Made by a program: the position numbers and the translations under genes. Shown here piece after piece: positions 23,591-35,928 of a stretch of DNA of 64,000 nucleotides. Positions within the stretch are counted from its first letter, which is position 1; each line of letters starts with the position of its first letter. The notes beneath the pieces are model-generated. The model was given only the letters and a program-made list of their open reading frames with translations, searched no databases and was not told the origin of the DNA. Source of the DNA: Macrostomum lignano (Eukaryota); the NCBI GenBank assembly GCA_002269645.1, contig NIVC01000527.1, positions 372,001 to 436,000 of the forward strand, in the 5' to 3' direction.

Positions 23591-25107
23591 TCAAGTCTTG
23601 CGTTGTAGAGCAGGACGGTTTCGACCACCGCCCATTCGCATTGTGCCATGCGGATGGAGAAGCTCTGAAAGCACGTCAGAGTGAACTCGCGCAGCCTCAC
23701 CAGCACGCATATGAACCATTTTTAGTATGTGGATGAAGATGCGTCTTATATTTCCAATTCTATTAATGCTCAACTAAGTTCTAAGTCGCCAGCTGCAGTT
23801 GCTTCAATAAGCATAATTACTCCGCCCGTCGCGTGCAGTCACGTGAGCCGGCAGGAGCGTGTCAGAGATAAAAGTGCAAATCCAAGGAAGCGAAAAGCCG
23901 GCGGCTGGCCAGAAACTCACTCCCTGAAGGCTTCTTCTGCTACGCCAAGCTTTAATTAGTAACAGAAAATGACGAGCACTGCTTTCAATGGTGAGACAGG
24001 GCGTCTTCGCGTCGGCAGTTTTCTCATCTCTGAAGTTCTCACATTTTCCTGCGAAGTTTTGCATTTAAAATAATCCAGAATGTACTTAGCCTTGTCAGTT
24101 GATGCATTTGATGCTGGACGGCTGATGGATGACGCTGCGTCAAGACTCTGCAGACAGGTTTGGAAGACATGGCAGACAGCTTTTTAAGGAAGGAGAAAAC
24201 ATGCTTTCTACACAAAGCCGATCAAAGTAAAAACACAGCACTAAAGCTGTTTGTACTAGTACTGTATCTGTCTTTGCGACAAAACATCCGACTCAAATGT
24301 TGAGTACTTTCTGCTGAGCATCGTTAGACAATGTATTAAAACTTCAGTTGTTGTTTAGCGCAGTAGCATCTGCAACTGTAGCCACCTGTTTGATGGTTCT
24401 TAGGCGCAAAAATAAGCGTTGAGGGTCGCCCAATGCAGTCTCTGATCTCTCTTGACTAGCTTCAGGCGCGACGGCTTAATGATGAAGGCGAGCTTATCAC
24501 GAGCGTATTAGAGACTCAATGCCTTTCCGATGCACATCGCTGCAATTTCTTGCTATTCGAATTGAGAATTACCTCAAACGTGACTGCTTCTCCATTACTG
24601 ACTAGAGTTTGGTAAGCCCACGCAGCTCATGCCAGATTAGTGTGGAGCAAAAGTACAAAAGTACAATTCTTTTGCTGCATAATGAAAACAAGTTGCTGAT
24701 CGGGATCCAGGGCATAAAGGGGAAAATAACACGAGAATGGCTTGGTTAAATTCCCAAATTGTGCCCAAACCAATGTGACCCGGGCATTCCTGTGGTGCAA
24801 GTGCAGCTGCGAGATTTGACTTCTTGCGAACGAGTAGCACTCTCGCCCCAAGACTAAAAGTCAACCCCATTCAGCTTTATTAATCCGGTTTTAGATTTAT
24901 GTAAATATTTCGGATCAGGAGTAGCGATAGACCGATCGATTCCGGCAACATGTGTGACAAGCTCTGACTATGGAGCTGGATTGCCTGACCTCCATTTCCC
25001 TAGAAACCAGAAACATAACATCACACCCAGCATCAATAGGGTGCTTCCGCGAACGGAAACTGGGTTGACATGACTATGGCGGTCTCATTTTAGCTGGCGT
25101 ACTTGCT

Positions 25108-25916
25108 GACGCCCCTCCTAGCCCCTCCCTTACACCCATTCTAGCCCCTCCCTCACACCCATTCTAGCCCCTCCCTGACACCCATTCTAGCCCCTCCCTT
25201 ACACCCATTCTAGCCCCTCCCTTACACCCATTCTAGCCCCTCCCTGACACCCATTCTAGCCCCTCCCTTACACCCATTCTAGCCCCTCCCTTACACCCAT
25301 TCTAGCCCCTCCCTTACACCCATTCTAGCCCCTCCCTTACACCCATTCTAGCCCCTCCCTTACACCCATTCTAGCCCCTCCCTTACACCCATTCTAGCCC
25401 CTCCCTTACACCCATTCTAGCCCCTCCCTTACACTCATTCCAGCCCCCTCTCTGACGCCCCTCCTAGCCCCCTCTCTGACGCCCCTCCTAGCCCCCTCTC
25501 TGACGCCCCTCCTAGCCCCCTCTCTGACGCCCCTCCTAGCCCCTCCCTGACACCCATTCTAGCCCCTCCCTTACACCCATTCTAGCCCCTCCCTTACACC
25601 CATTCTAGCCCCTCCCTTACACCCATTCTAGCCCCTCCTTACACTCATTTCAGCCCCCTCTCTGACGCCCAGTCTAACCCCCTCTCTGACGCCCAGTCTA
25701 ACCCCCTCTCTGACGCCCAGTCTAACCCCCTCTCTGACGCCCAGTCTAACCCCCTCTCTGACGCCCAGTCTAGCCCCCTCTCTAGCGCCTTACACTCATT
25801 TCAGCCCCCTCTCTGACGCCCAGTCTAACCCCCTCTCTGACGCCCAGTCTAACCCCCTCTCTGACGCCCAGTCTAACCCCCTCTCTGACGCCCAGTCTAG
25901 CCCCCTCTCTAGCGCC
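25108..25916. repeat. Compound C-rich minisatellite: 23-bp unit TAGCCCCTCCCTTACACCCATTC interleaved with a related 24-bp unit CCCCCTCTCTGACGCCCAGTCTAA
   Basis: Direct tandem periodicity with two related unit families. Confidence 0.95.
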
Positions 25917-26275
25917 TGAACCTTGAAGTTGCAGAACTGTACTTAAACTTGATCCCACAGCCTGTTGCCATCCAAGAGATGTTTCTGCTCAATTTATGGC
26001 ATACAGTTTTTTGCAGTTAAACAAATGAAAACCCGCGTTGACAGAAATTAAAAAGGCAGAGTGTAGCCGCTGAGCAGAGCAATCGGTTCAAAAATGAAAC
26101 GGACTTTCGTGGCGCTTTCATGCGTATAAACTATTTAGTGCTACTTACTGGGTGTTGCATACCTGTGTATCTGGCGACTGAAGATGCCTTGGTAATTCAA
26201 ATAAAATGCCTCGACACCTGTGCCCCAGAGAAGGTTTGCTTATTGTTGTTGGAGTTGGGGTTTATCACTCGTGAA

Positions 26276-26560
26276 GTTTATGGTTTTTGGAGTTTATGGT
26301 TGGTGGAGGTTTAGCGTTGGTGGGGGTTTATGGTTGTTAGGGGTTTATGGTTGGTGGGGGTTTAGCGTTGGTGGGATTTATGGTTGGTGGGGGTTTATGG
26401 TTGGTGGGGGTTTATGGTTGTTAGGGGTTTATGGTTGGTGGGGGTTTATGGTTGGTGGGGGTTTATGGTTGTTAGGGGTTTATGGTTGGTGGGGGTTTAT
26501 GGTTGGTGGGGGTGTATGGTTGGTGGGGTTTATGGTTGGTGGGGTCTATGGTTATAGGTT
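26276..26560. repeat. G/T-rich imperfect tandem repeat (TTTATGGTTGGTGGGGG variants)
   Basis: Recurrent TTTATGGTT[G/T]GTGGGGG motifs. The GGLWLLGVYGWW ORF is a repeat artefact. Confidence 0.9.
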
Positions 26561-26913
26561 ATTTAATTGAAAGGTGAAGTCTGTTGCTAGGTAAAGACCC
26601 ATCCTGTTACGCCACAAGGTTATCAAGTTTAGGCAAGGCATCAGCACCAGAGTAGCTAAATGTATTCCAGTTCGGAATGCAGCCTTCATTCAGGAGCGGA
26701 AACGAGCTGCACCTGGGATCTGATAAACCGTTGCACTGGCAAACTCAGATACTGCAGAATCTTGCAGAAGGCGTGCATAACAAATGCAAGCGCGGGGGCG
26801 ATCGCTGCACGCGTTTTTACGGGCCTCTGAAACCTTGTAGTTTCTTTCCTGCGTTACTGCTGCTTTGCTACAGCTTCTGAATTAACTAGTCTTCTGCCAC
26901 CACTACCTGTCCT

Positions 26914-27648
26914 GTCACTCTGCATCACTCTCAGTCACTCTCTGTGACTCACTCTCCTCAGTCACTCTCTGTGACTCACTCTCCTCAGTCACACTGTCAC
27001 TCTTTGTGACTCACTGTCCTCAGTCACTCTTTGGGACTCACTGTCCTCAGTCACTCTTTGTGACTCACTGTCCTCAGTCACTCTTTGTCACTCACTGTCC
27101 TCAGTCACTCTCTGTGACTCACTCTCCTCAGTCATACTGTCACTCTTTGTGACTCACTGTCCTCAGTCACTCTTTGGGACTCACTGTCCTCAGTCACTCT
27201 TTGTGACTCACTGTCCTCAGTCACTCTTTGTCACTCACTGTCCTCAGTCACTCTTTGTCACTCACTGTCCTCAGTCACTCTCTGTGACTCACTCTCCTCA
27301 GTCATACTGTCACTCTTTGTGACTCACTGTCCTCAGTCACTCTTTGTGACTCACTGTCCTCAGTCACTCTTTGTGACTCACTGTCCTCAGTCACTCTTTG
27401 TCACTCACTGTCCTCAGTCACTCTTTGTCACTCACTGTCCTCAGTCACTCTTTGTCACTCACTGTCCTCAGTCACTCTCTGTGACTCACTCTCCTCAGTC
27501 ATACTGTCACTCTCTGTGACTCACTGTCCTCAGTCACACTGTCACTCTTTGTGACTCATTGTCCTCAGTCACACTGTCACTCTTTGTGACTCATTGTCCT
27601 CAGTCACACTGTCACTCTCTGTGACTCACTGTCCTCAGTCACTCACTG
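26914..27648. repeat. Minisatellite, 27-bp core unit (GTCACTCTTTGTGACTCACTGTCCTCA) with 35-bp variants
   Basis: Direct tandem periodicity. The unit has an internal GTCAC/GTGAC inverted pair and TGACTCA. Confidence 0.95.
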
Positions 27649-28639
27649 TATCGCACTTCACTTCACTTTATGTCAACAGGCACTTATTGCTGCATAAAAG
27701 TAGTCCTTGGTGTTGGATTGTTTTCAAGACAAGGGGATCCTAACCGCCGCAATCCCAGTTGAACTGCTTCTATTTTCCTGCACCCCTCCAAATTGTCACT
27801 CCAGCCAGAATTCCAAGCACCTTTATATTATATGAGCGTAGCTTTGCGTGCATTCAAGTTTTTAAAAATTCCAACAATAGACTCAGCAATTCATCTCATT
27901 TCATCCGGATGAATGCGGTTGGAAATGAAGCATTCCATCTGCTTTTTTCTAAAATTGTTGCATTTTATTTAAAAGAATAGAGCGGAGCCAATGCAATTGA
28001 GAAAAAGTGCTGCTACTAAGTTCACGTACGTCCGAAGTACGCGCACTCAGAAGCTTAATGGATAATATCGCATCTCTATATCTTTGCCCGCCAGCCCCAA
28101 AGCCCATGACTTTCATAATAGGCAGGCGTACAGAAAATTCAGCACTCTTACTAAACTGGTCCACCTTTCAATTTTTTCTTACCCACACCCCCCCCGCTTT
28201 GCTTATCGCTGCCTCTTTGCTATTTGCCATTCCTCTCTTTCTCTGTCTGCAGCCCCTGCGCAGTTGACGCGGGAACTGTGCAATCAGGGGGCAGAGGGGG
28301 AGGGACAGAAAGAGAGACTATGTGGGGTTGGCTGGACGGACAGAGAGTCCCGCGGACCCCTCCTCACCTGTCGTTTCCCCCTCCACAACACCCGCACCTC
28401 AGCCGCCCGGCCTCCACCTCGTTGAAGTACAAAAAGACCCCAAGCCGGCGCAATCGCAAGAATAAGGGAAAGACAGAAGAAGTAGAGCCAGAGAAAGAAA
28501 GAAAGAGTGAGTGAGTGAGTTTAGACCGTCACGTCCAGACAGTCCCAGCCGCCTTGCCTGCCCCCGGGCCACTCCCACTAAGCTTTAGTTAAGCGGTCAT
28601 CTAGCAAGATCCGACGCGCAGTGAAAGCAGCCGGACGAG

Positions 28640-29043
28640 ATGGAATTCACCAGCTGCGAGGAGGCCCAGCTAGCGCTGGCCGCCGCGCCAGACGACAGCG
28701 CCAGCCTGATGCTAAACTGCCAGGCTTCGGCCCTGCAGCAGGCTGAGTCGGCCCAGTCCCTGGCCGCCAGCAGCAGCTGCAGCTGTAGCACCAGCGCCAG
28801 CACCAGCACCTGCGCCGATTTCAGCAGCAGCGGCGGCGAAGGCGCCGGCTTCGAGGAGTCGCCGGTGATGGCCGCCGCTCGACTGTCGCTAGCTTTCGAC
28901 TCCGGTCAGGCTGTACTCATGGGCCCGGCGTGCAGCCGAGACAGAGCCTGCAGTTCACTCAGTCTCAGTCTGCAGCACCAACAGCAGCTGGTGCAGCAGC
29001 AACAGAAACAGCAGCAGCAAAACCAAAAGCAGCAGCAGCAGCC

Positions 29044-29075
<32 letters not shown>

Positions 29076-29272
29076 TATTCCCAGCGCTTGGCCGCGGCGG
29101 GATGAGACCGCGCCAGTCTCAGCAGGTGCGCACCCGCAGCAACGCCATCTCGGCAAAGTCGATGTCCTCCTACCTGGCCGAGTACAAGGAGACCAAGAGC
29201 GCTTACTTTGACGGCGTTCTCACCGGTGAAATTAAAGTCAGACGAATCGCAGCACGGCCCAAGTACGACTGA
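28640..29272 (+). CDS. 210-aa low-complexity protein (Ser/Ala-rich N-terminus, polyQ tract, short ordered C-terminus), function unknown
   Basis: ATG-initiated GC-rich ORF with coding-like codon usage, preceded by a GA-rich leader. (CAG)n polyQ at about 28975-29075. No family motif recognised. Confidence 0.6.
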
Positions 29273-30357
29273 GACTCCCTCACTTATGCTGTGTTTAGTT
29301 TAGGTGATAAAATGTTTAGCTATTGTTCGTCTTGTCTTTATATTTATTCATCTTTATAGCTTGTAACGCCCATTTAGCTTTAGTCCAGCCGTTTGGGCTG
29401 GACTAAAATTTAAATTTTAGTTCAGATATATAGATACGCTGGTATCAACATTCGCTAGTTTGTAATGAGCTCTCCAATGACCCTAACTCAGCACCTCAAT
29501 ACGCGCATCTAGTATTCAATACACTCCTTCCCAGCAGGTGTACATACTGTTCGAGTAATAATTGGTATCAACCAGTCGCATTCCTTCACCCAACCGATCC
29601 GACCGTCTGCTAGGCATTTGTTTTCATTTATCGACTCTCTCTGCATCTCTTTGACGTGTACAAATTTCCCAGTTTCCAAATTGCCTGGCGCCAACCAGTG
29701 AGAGACCAGTTAATCTGTGCAATTAAATTTACTATGTGCAAAATGTTGCAATCAATATTCTTTTGTCGTTGCTTCTCAAAGTCGTTTTGATCTTGGCTGA
29801 ATAGTCAATGGTCACACATCACCTGTGGATTTCGGTCTCTCTGTCTCTGGCGTCCCCACCTGAAGTTTAGTCGCGCTACAGTTTCGCCAATGGCAGGTAG
29901 CATTTTTTGTAATCACCGTCGTTGTCAAAAGAAAATTATTTCGTGAATTCGCAGTGCAAGAAATCGATTAAATATAATTCTGACGCCTGCAAATGCTGCA
30001 ATTTCGATACACTCTTAGACTGCTAGTACTTTGTGATTTGCCTTCTGGGAAACTGTGTAAGGCCAATTCGCTTGAAATACTCTTCTACCACAGATCGACC
30101 GTTCGCCATTGCCATTCCAGCATCTGCCGCAGTAGGCTAGGGTTGGAAGCTACAGTGTTTTTTTGCTTGATATTTTGATGTCTTGACTGCAGCTTCGAAA
30201 TTAAGCCACACAGTCGACTGCAACTGCAACTAATGTCTGCATTTAAAAAACTGGGGGCTAAAAGCAGTACAAGTTACGCCAGAAAGCTACAGAATGCCTA
30301 CTGGCATAGAAGCTGCGCAAAGCTGCTGTATTGTTTTGACTTCTTGCGTTAGAGTGT

Positions 30358-30744
30358 TACTTGTGTTGCAGACTCGATCTGTGTTGCAGAGACTCGATCT
30401 GTGTTGCAGCGTCTCTGTGTTTCAGACTCGATCTGTGTTGCAGACTCGATCTGTGTTGCAGCGTCTCTGTGTTGCAGAGACTCGATCTGTGTTGCAGCGT
30501 CTCTGTGTTGCAGAGACTCGATCTGTGTTGCAGCGTCTCTGTGTTGCAGAGACTCGATCTGTTGCAGCGTCTCTGTGTTGCAGAGACTCGATCTGTGTTG
30601 CAGCGTCTCTGTGTTGCAGAGACTCGATCTGTGTTGCAGCGTCTCTGTGTTGCAGAGACTCGAACTGTGTTGCAGCGTCTCTGTGTTGCAGAGACTCGAT
30701 CTGTGTTGCAGCGTCTCTGTGTTGCAGAGACTCGATCTGTGTTC
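30358..30744. repeat. Minisatellite, 36-bp unit (GACTCGATCTGTGTTGCAGCGTCTCTGTGTTGCAGA) built from two related ~18-bp halves
   Basis: Direct tandem periodicity. The overlapping ORFs are artefacts. Confidence 0.95.
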
Positions 30745-32301
30745 CAGCAGCCTTGACCTCTGGGGCAGGGCAGCTCTCTATGCACTATAGCAGCTTATAA
30801 AAGTAAAGGTAGAGGAGAATATTTGCAAAGGCACGTGTCAGTCTGAGCTTGGAGACAGGGCAATTTACACGGAATCCGATATACCCAGTCCGCATTAAGA
30901 GAAAGCCCGCAAAATCGATTTGCATTAGAAGACGCGGGGGTGGAGGGGGGGTGCGGCTTCTCTGCTTGGCCAAATCTGTCCATCCAGACTACTCTGTGCC
31001 GAAATTTGAACCAATGCTTCTTCGCCTATAGCTCGATCCTTTCCAGCGCGTTTAGCCCACTATCCCGCCCTCCTGAAAAGATCCCGATCCCGCATCCTGA
31101 CTGGTGCCGCCATCTGCAACCCTAAGAAGACCCGCACCGTTTCCTTCCTGCAGCCCGCATTGTAGCCCAACCTGGGTTCAAATCTGAACTTTTACAAGCC
31201 TTTCCGTAATGATATTTCATTTCCCCTCTTCTTTCTTTCCTGTCCATCAGGAGGACGTGAGCCCAGTGTCCGCTATGCGTGGAAAAGGTCTTCCTTTCTA
31301 GCCCCTTGCTCGGAGGGGATTAGGAAAGCGAAAGAAGTCTCCCGAAAAAAGTACACACGATAGTCCCCTGCCCTAGGAGGGTTCGTCCTGATTCCCATGA
31401 CTGGGAGCTGCCCGCCCATCTAGGAATGCGCGGAGAATCTTGGGGAGCGGCCTAATATGTTCACCTTGCCAGTGTACCCTGGAAGTCAGATGCAGTCTAT
31501 TTATCTTGCCGGCATTGAAACTCCATGGAAAATTGGACATAGACTAGGAAATCTAATGTAAGTTAGCTAACAAAGGGTGAGGGTCGCATCAGGTCAGCTG
31601 ACCCACATCTACCCGCCCCGAGAGCTGGCTCACGAAATCGGAATTGAGTAGCCAGCCGTAATTTCTTTCTACCTTTCTCTCTTCTCTTGACTGAGCGGTA
31701 AAAGCTGGGCGCACTAAATACTGGATCAGGAATTAATGGTACTTCTTCATTTGACAGTGCATGCACAGAATGATCTGGAGATAGCAGGCAGCTTTCGGGC
31801 ACTGGGAGTAACTTTTGGCTCCCCGCCTCCTCTCCCCGAATCAAGAGAGAAGATCACATTTTCCGGCTGAGTCAGAGCCCTCGCTGGGTCGCAAAGTCAC
31901 TATTTTTAGTCTGTAAAACACGTACCAGCACATAGTACAAGATTGCAAATGATAAAGTCTGACTCAAACGCTGAACATGTCTTTCTTACTACTATGGCCT
32001 AGAGATACGAGTACAAAGTGCCTGATTACAAGCTAAAAAAATTGCACTGACTAATTGGCAAGCTTTTGTCTAGCCATGACCGAACAAGCCAGACACAAGC
32101 GAGGGTTCCGTACTGATTGATATGCTACCCAGTTACTAAGGGTTCTAAGGATTTGAAGACTCGGCGCTTGATTGCTTGTGCTAAAGAAGCGCTTGTGCTT
32201 AATAATTATGTTTTTGTCTTTGTTCCCGGCACTGTCAGGGTCCACAGAGTATTCTGTATATTCTGTCGTCAGGGTCAGTTTTAGGCTCAAAAGCTCTGGA
32301 T

Positions 32302-32701
32302 CAGGGGTCGGAAAATTTTTTTTACCTCAAGGACCAGATAAATAATCTGCTCCGGGCCAGATGAGTGAGGAAAAGAAAGGGAGAGGGAATAGAGGAGGGA
32401 GAAGAGGCGATGGGAGGTGAGAGAAGTGAAGAAATAGGAGAGGCAAGAGAGGAGATGAGACTGAGAGGAGAGAAGAGAGAGTAGCTTGTAGATGAGAGGA
32501 TATATGAAATTAAAGATGAAATGAGAGAAGAGATGAGAGAGATGAGAGAGAAGATGGGAAAACGAGATTAGAGAGACGAAGAGAGTAGAGAATATCTATA
32601 AACCTTGGGGTTGTTATCTATATCTATAAATCAGGGTTGCTATCGTGAAGCTTCAAAGGAACCAAGGGCCAGATAGAGAGGCCGGAGTTTGTTTACCCCT
32701 G
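32302..32701 (+). mobile_element. hAT-like (Charlie-type) MITE with a GA-rich core
   Basis: Ends CAGGGGTCGGAAAAT ... GTTTGTTTACCCCTG are imperfect TIRs. Subterminal GGGCCAGAT motifs. Flanks CTCTGGAT / CCTTAGAC loosely resemble the NTCTAGAN target of Charlie-type hATs. Homologous copies at about 60422-60640 and 63781-64000. Confidence 0.65.
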
Positions 32702-32889
32702 CCTTAGACAGACACAACTGAGCAAAACGTTTTTTTATTAATCACCAAATGGGATATCTGGACGATCTTAAAGTCCCATTTCAGTGCAAGAGTCAAAGGG
32801 TAATTTTTCTATACAGCTGTTGCAGACAGGGGGACTGCAGACTTCAAAGAATCCTATTTATTGCGCTCATACAAGGCGTCCTCCATATC

Positions 32890-33620
32890 TGAAGGTGACT
32901 GGTCCTGGCGAAGGAGTCTCTCATACCTGGAGGTGACACTGGCTAAGGACACTCTTCCATACCTGGAGGTGAAACTGGCTAGGGAATCTTCCATACCTGG
33001 AGGTGACACTGGTTAAGAAATCTTCCATACCTGGAGGTGACACTGGCTGGGGACTCTTCTATACCTGGAGGTGACACTGGCTGGGACTCTTCTATACCTG
33101 GAGGTGACACTGGCTGGGGACTCTTCTATACCTGGAGGTGACACTGGTTAAGGACTCTCTTCCATACCTGGAGGTGACACTGGTTAAGGACTCTCTTCCA
33201 TACCTGGAGGTGACACTGGTTAAGGACTCTCTTCCATACCTGGAGGTGACACTGGTTAAGGACTCTCTTCCATACCTGGAGGTGACACTGGTTAAGGACT
33301 CTCTTCCATACCTGGAGGTGACACTGGTTAAGGACTCTCTTCCATACCTGGAGGTGACACTGGTTAAGGACTCTCTTCCATACCTGGAGGTGACACTGGT
33401 TAAGGACTCTCTTCCATACCTGGAGGTGACACTGGTTAAGGACTCTCTTCCATACCTGGAGGTGACACTGGTTAAGGACTCTCTTCCATACCTGGAGGTG
33501 ACACTGGTTAAGGACTCTCTTCCATACCTGGAGGTGACACTGGTTAAGGACTCTCTTCCATACCTGGAGGTGACACTAGTTAAGGACTCTCCCATACCTG
33601 GAGGTGACACTGGTTAAGAA
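32890..33620. repeat. Minisatellite, 36-bp unit (CCATACCTGGAGGTGACACTGGTTAAGGACTCTCTT), about 20 copies
   Basis: Core 33137-33580 is essentially identical copies. Left-end copies are diverged. Confidence 0.97.
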
Positions 33621-35928
33621 CTCTTGACCTGAAGCAGATTTTTTTTAAATGTGTGAAAGCAACTTTAAACCATTTTTGAAACTGCAGGCCCACTTCCACT
33701 ACTGAAAGTAGGAATCCCAGTGCACAAGCCAAGAAAAGCGACTGCATTTTAAGCAACTACCATAAAATCTTCCGGCTGTTCGGTGAGGAAGACTGAAGGC
33801 TGTTACTGTTAGAAAATACATATCATCGAGACTTAAATCTTTAGCCAAAGAATTTGGAGCGGAGAGCACACCAATTAGATGTCAGTTGTCAGAAAAACAA
33901 AAGCAGCATAAAATTCTCTTGGTTTTAGTTTGAATGCACTACGAGCGCAGATATTGTTTTCAAACCCGGCAGACCCAAGTTAATAACAAGAGCCTGCATT
34001 TATCCGCGACAAGATTCGCTTTTTAGCAAATTTTTCAAACTGAATTCAAAGTCACCAGAGCCAATGAAACTTGTACGCTGTCGTCATCACTGATTTTTAA
34101 GCCTCAGAACCGCTAGCATCTAGCAGTGGAAAAGCAAGCCACAATGGGCACCCTGCTGTAACCAAAGCCAGGGCTTCTCTTGCCACTTGCTTGTAAACTC
34201 TGTGCTAAATTCGCTCCGAGCTGCCGCATCCGCTGCGCAGTTTCACTTTTCAGTGTCGTGTCGGGCAAAAAAAGAATCTGGATTGTGAAATAATGGCGAA
34301 TTGATGGCGTACACTGATGTTGACGCTCGTACACTCGTAAGGTCACCAACAGAGTTGAATGACGCCATCAGTGCATAGGTGCTTTGAAAGGCTCGTTAAT
34401 ATAGTCGTTAATTGAGCCGTCAAATCGCACAATTGATGCTGATGTACAAAGCGACAAAAACTATAGGCAAGCCGTGCGATCTGCAGGTGACAAATAGCCA
34501 CACTTGATAGCAGTGTTGACTAGCCTTAACTGTTACAGACGCTGTAGGTTGCAATCGAAACTCTGTTGCGTCGAAATATGGAATGGGAGTTGTCGGAGTA
34601 GGTACAAGATGTTTAAAAGTTCGTTTGCATTTGGATCAGGAAATTGGGACAGCCAACCGTTATTGGATCTGGCGGAAGGCGTTGCGTCAACATGTTTGAA
34701 GTCTCCCATGAATGATCGCATTTTAGCAACTAAAATCCGGGCTCGTGAGAAACTGCAGACACTGCGAATCCAGTTACATTTATAATGCTAACCCCGTGTA
34801 ACATGTAAAATTGAATGCGCAAAAAAATGCCACGATCCCGCGAGTGCATGCAATCTGCTTGTGCCGCGATCTGCGATGAGCTCTCTGCTATGCGAGCCCG
34901 AGCGGGCACCCGGAGTTGCCCCGCTTATCAAAATTGAATTCTGGGGCGGGCCGCCTACCGACAGCAAAGTACACTTGCGCCGGCTTAGTAGGTTGGGCAG
35001 CCAGACAAGCAGACAAGCAGGCAGGCAGGCCGCAAGCAAGTGCCTGTGCAGGACGCGTGTATTGTAACTCTTCTTTTGCCTATCTGTGCACCAGTTTTCG
35101 CTCGCATGTCCAGAAAATAGTATTTTGTACGCTTGCATGAATATATAAGCTAATGCACACAAAGCATTAAGACAGTCAATGGCAGTAAAGAGAAAAATTA
35201 TCTCGACCAACCAGTTGTTAGTTGAAGATTTTCTGCTTCGAGTGTAGTCGCTTCGATTGAAACTTTCAATAAGCACTCTTCCGAACAGGTCCGAGAATTC
35301 GAGTTCGAAGAAGTCAACAGTCGCCGAATGATAGAAGCTACTGGGCAGCCAGTTCGACTAACTGGGAGTCGAAGGAATTGCAGGGAAATATTATAAAAAT
35401 GTATCCAAGCAGTGTAAGTTCATGCAGTTGGTGTTTCGTTATATAACGGTACGTCCTGTCCTGTGCTAGCATTCGCAGCTCATTAGTGCCTAATACGCTT
35501 GTACGAGCTACAACCAGCTTTGGCATACAAAATTCTGGTTGTAAAGGCATCAAAGCCACAATTGAATTGATTAAAAGCCTATTAGCAGCCGATTAGAGGG
35601 GCCCAGATGCAACTAGCCCGTGCGGTCTGGCAGGCAGGCGTAGAACACGCACATACGGCAGCAGGCCGACTGTCTGAGCGATTTAACGCGTGTGGTAAAC
35701 AAGCCAACGCGCACTCGTGCGGTACAATTGCACTTGATTGCTCTCCGCTGAGGCACCAAAGTTTCTGCATTTATTCTTTATCTCTTGTTTCTCCTCAGCC
35801 TGACTGGAAGGTATCAAAGCAAATACCGAGGCTACTGAGTGTTTCTGCGCTTCGGTTTCTTGTATCTTTCTTATCGTGGACTTGCTCTCGGGACTTTGAG
35901 TCTTCAAAAGTTCCAAAGATCAAAATTA

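Noticed and set aside
23345-23684. Plus-strand GC-rich ORFs
   Set aside because: Antisense shadows of the RTE LINE fragment on the minus strand.
26330-26560. Telomere-like G/T-rich tract
   Set aside because: There are no tandem TTAGGG units; it is an imperfect longer-unit repeat.
30800-31250. Possible decayed LINE endonuclease (RRRGGGGGVRLL, SRPP, ILTG)
   Set aside because: The motifs fall in different frames and are too short and degenerate to support without an HMM search.
33092-33617. ORFs (YLEVTLVKDSLP)n and (SRYGRESLTSVT)n
   Set aside because: Stop-free frames are expected from a 36-bp unit. There are no splice or start context and no informative variant pattern.
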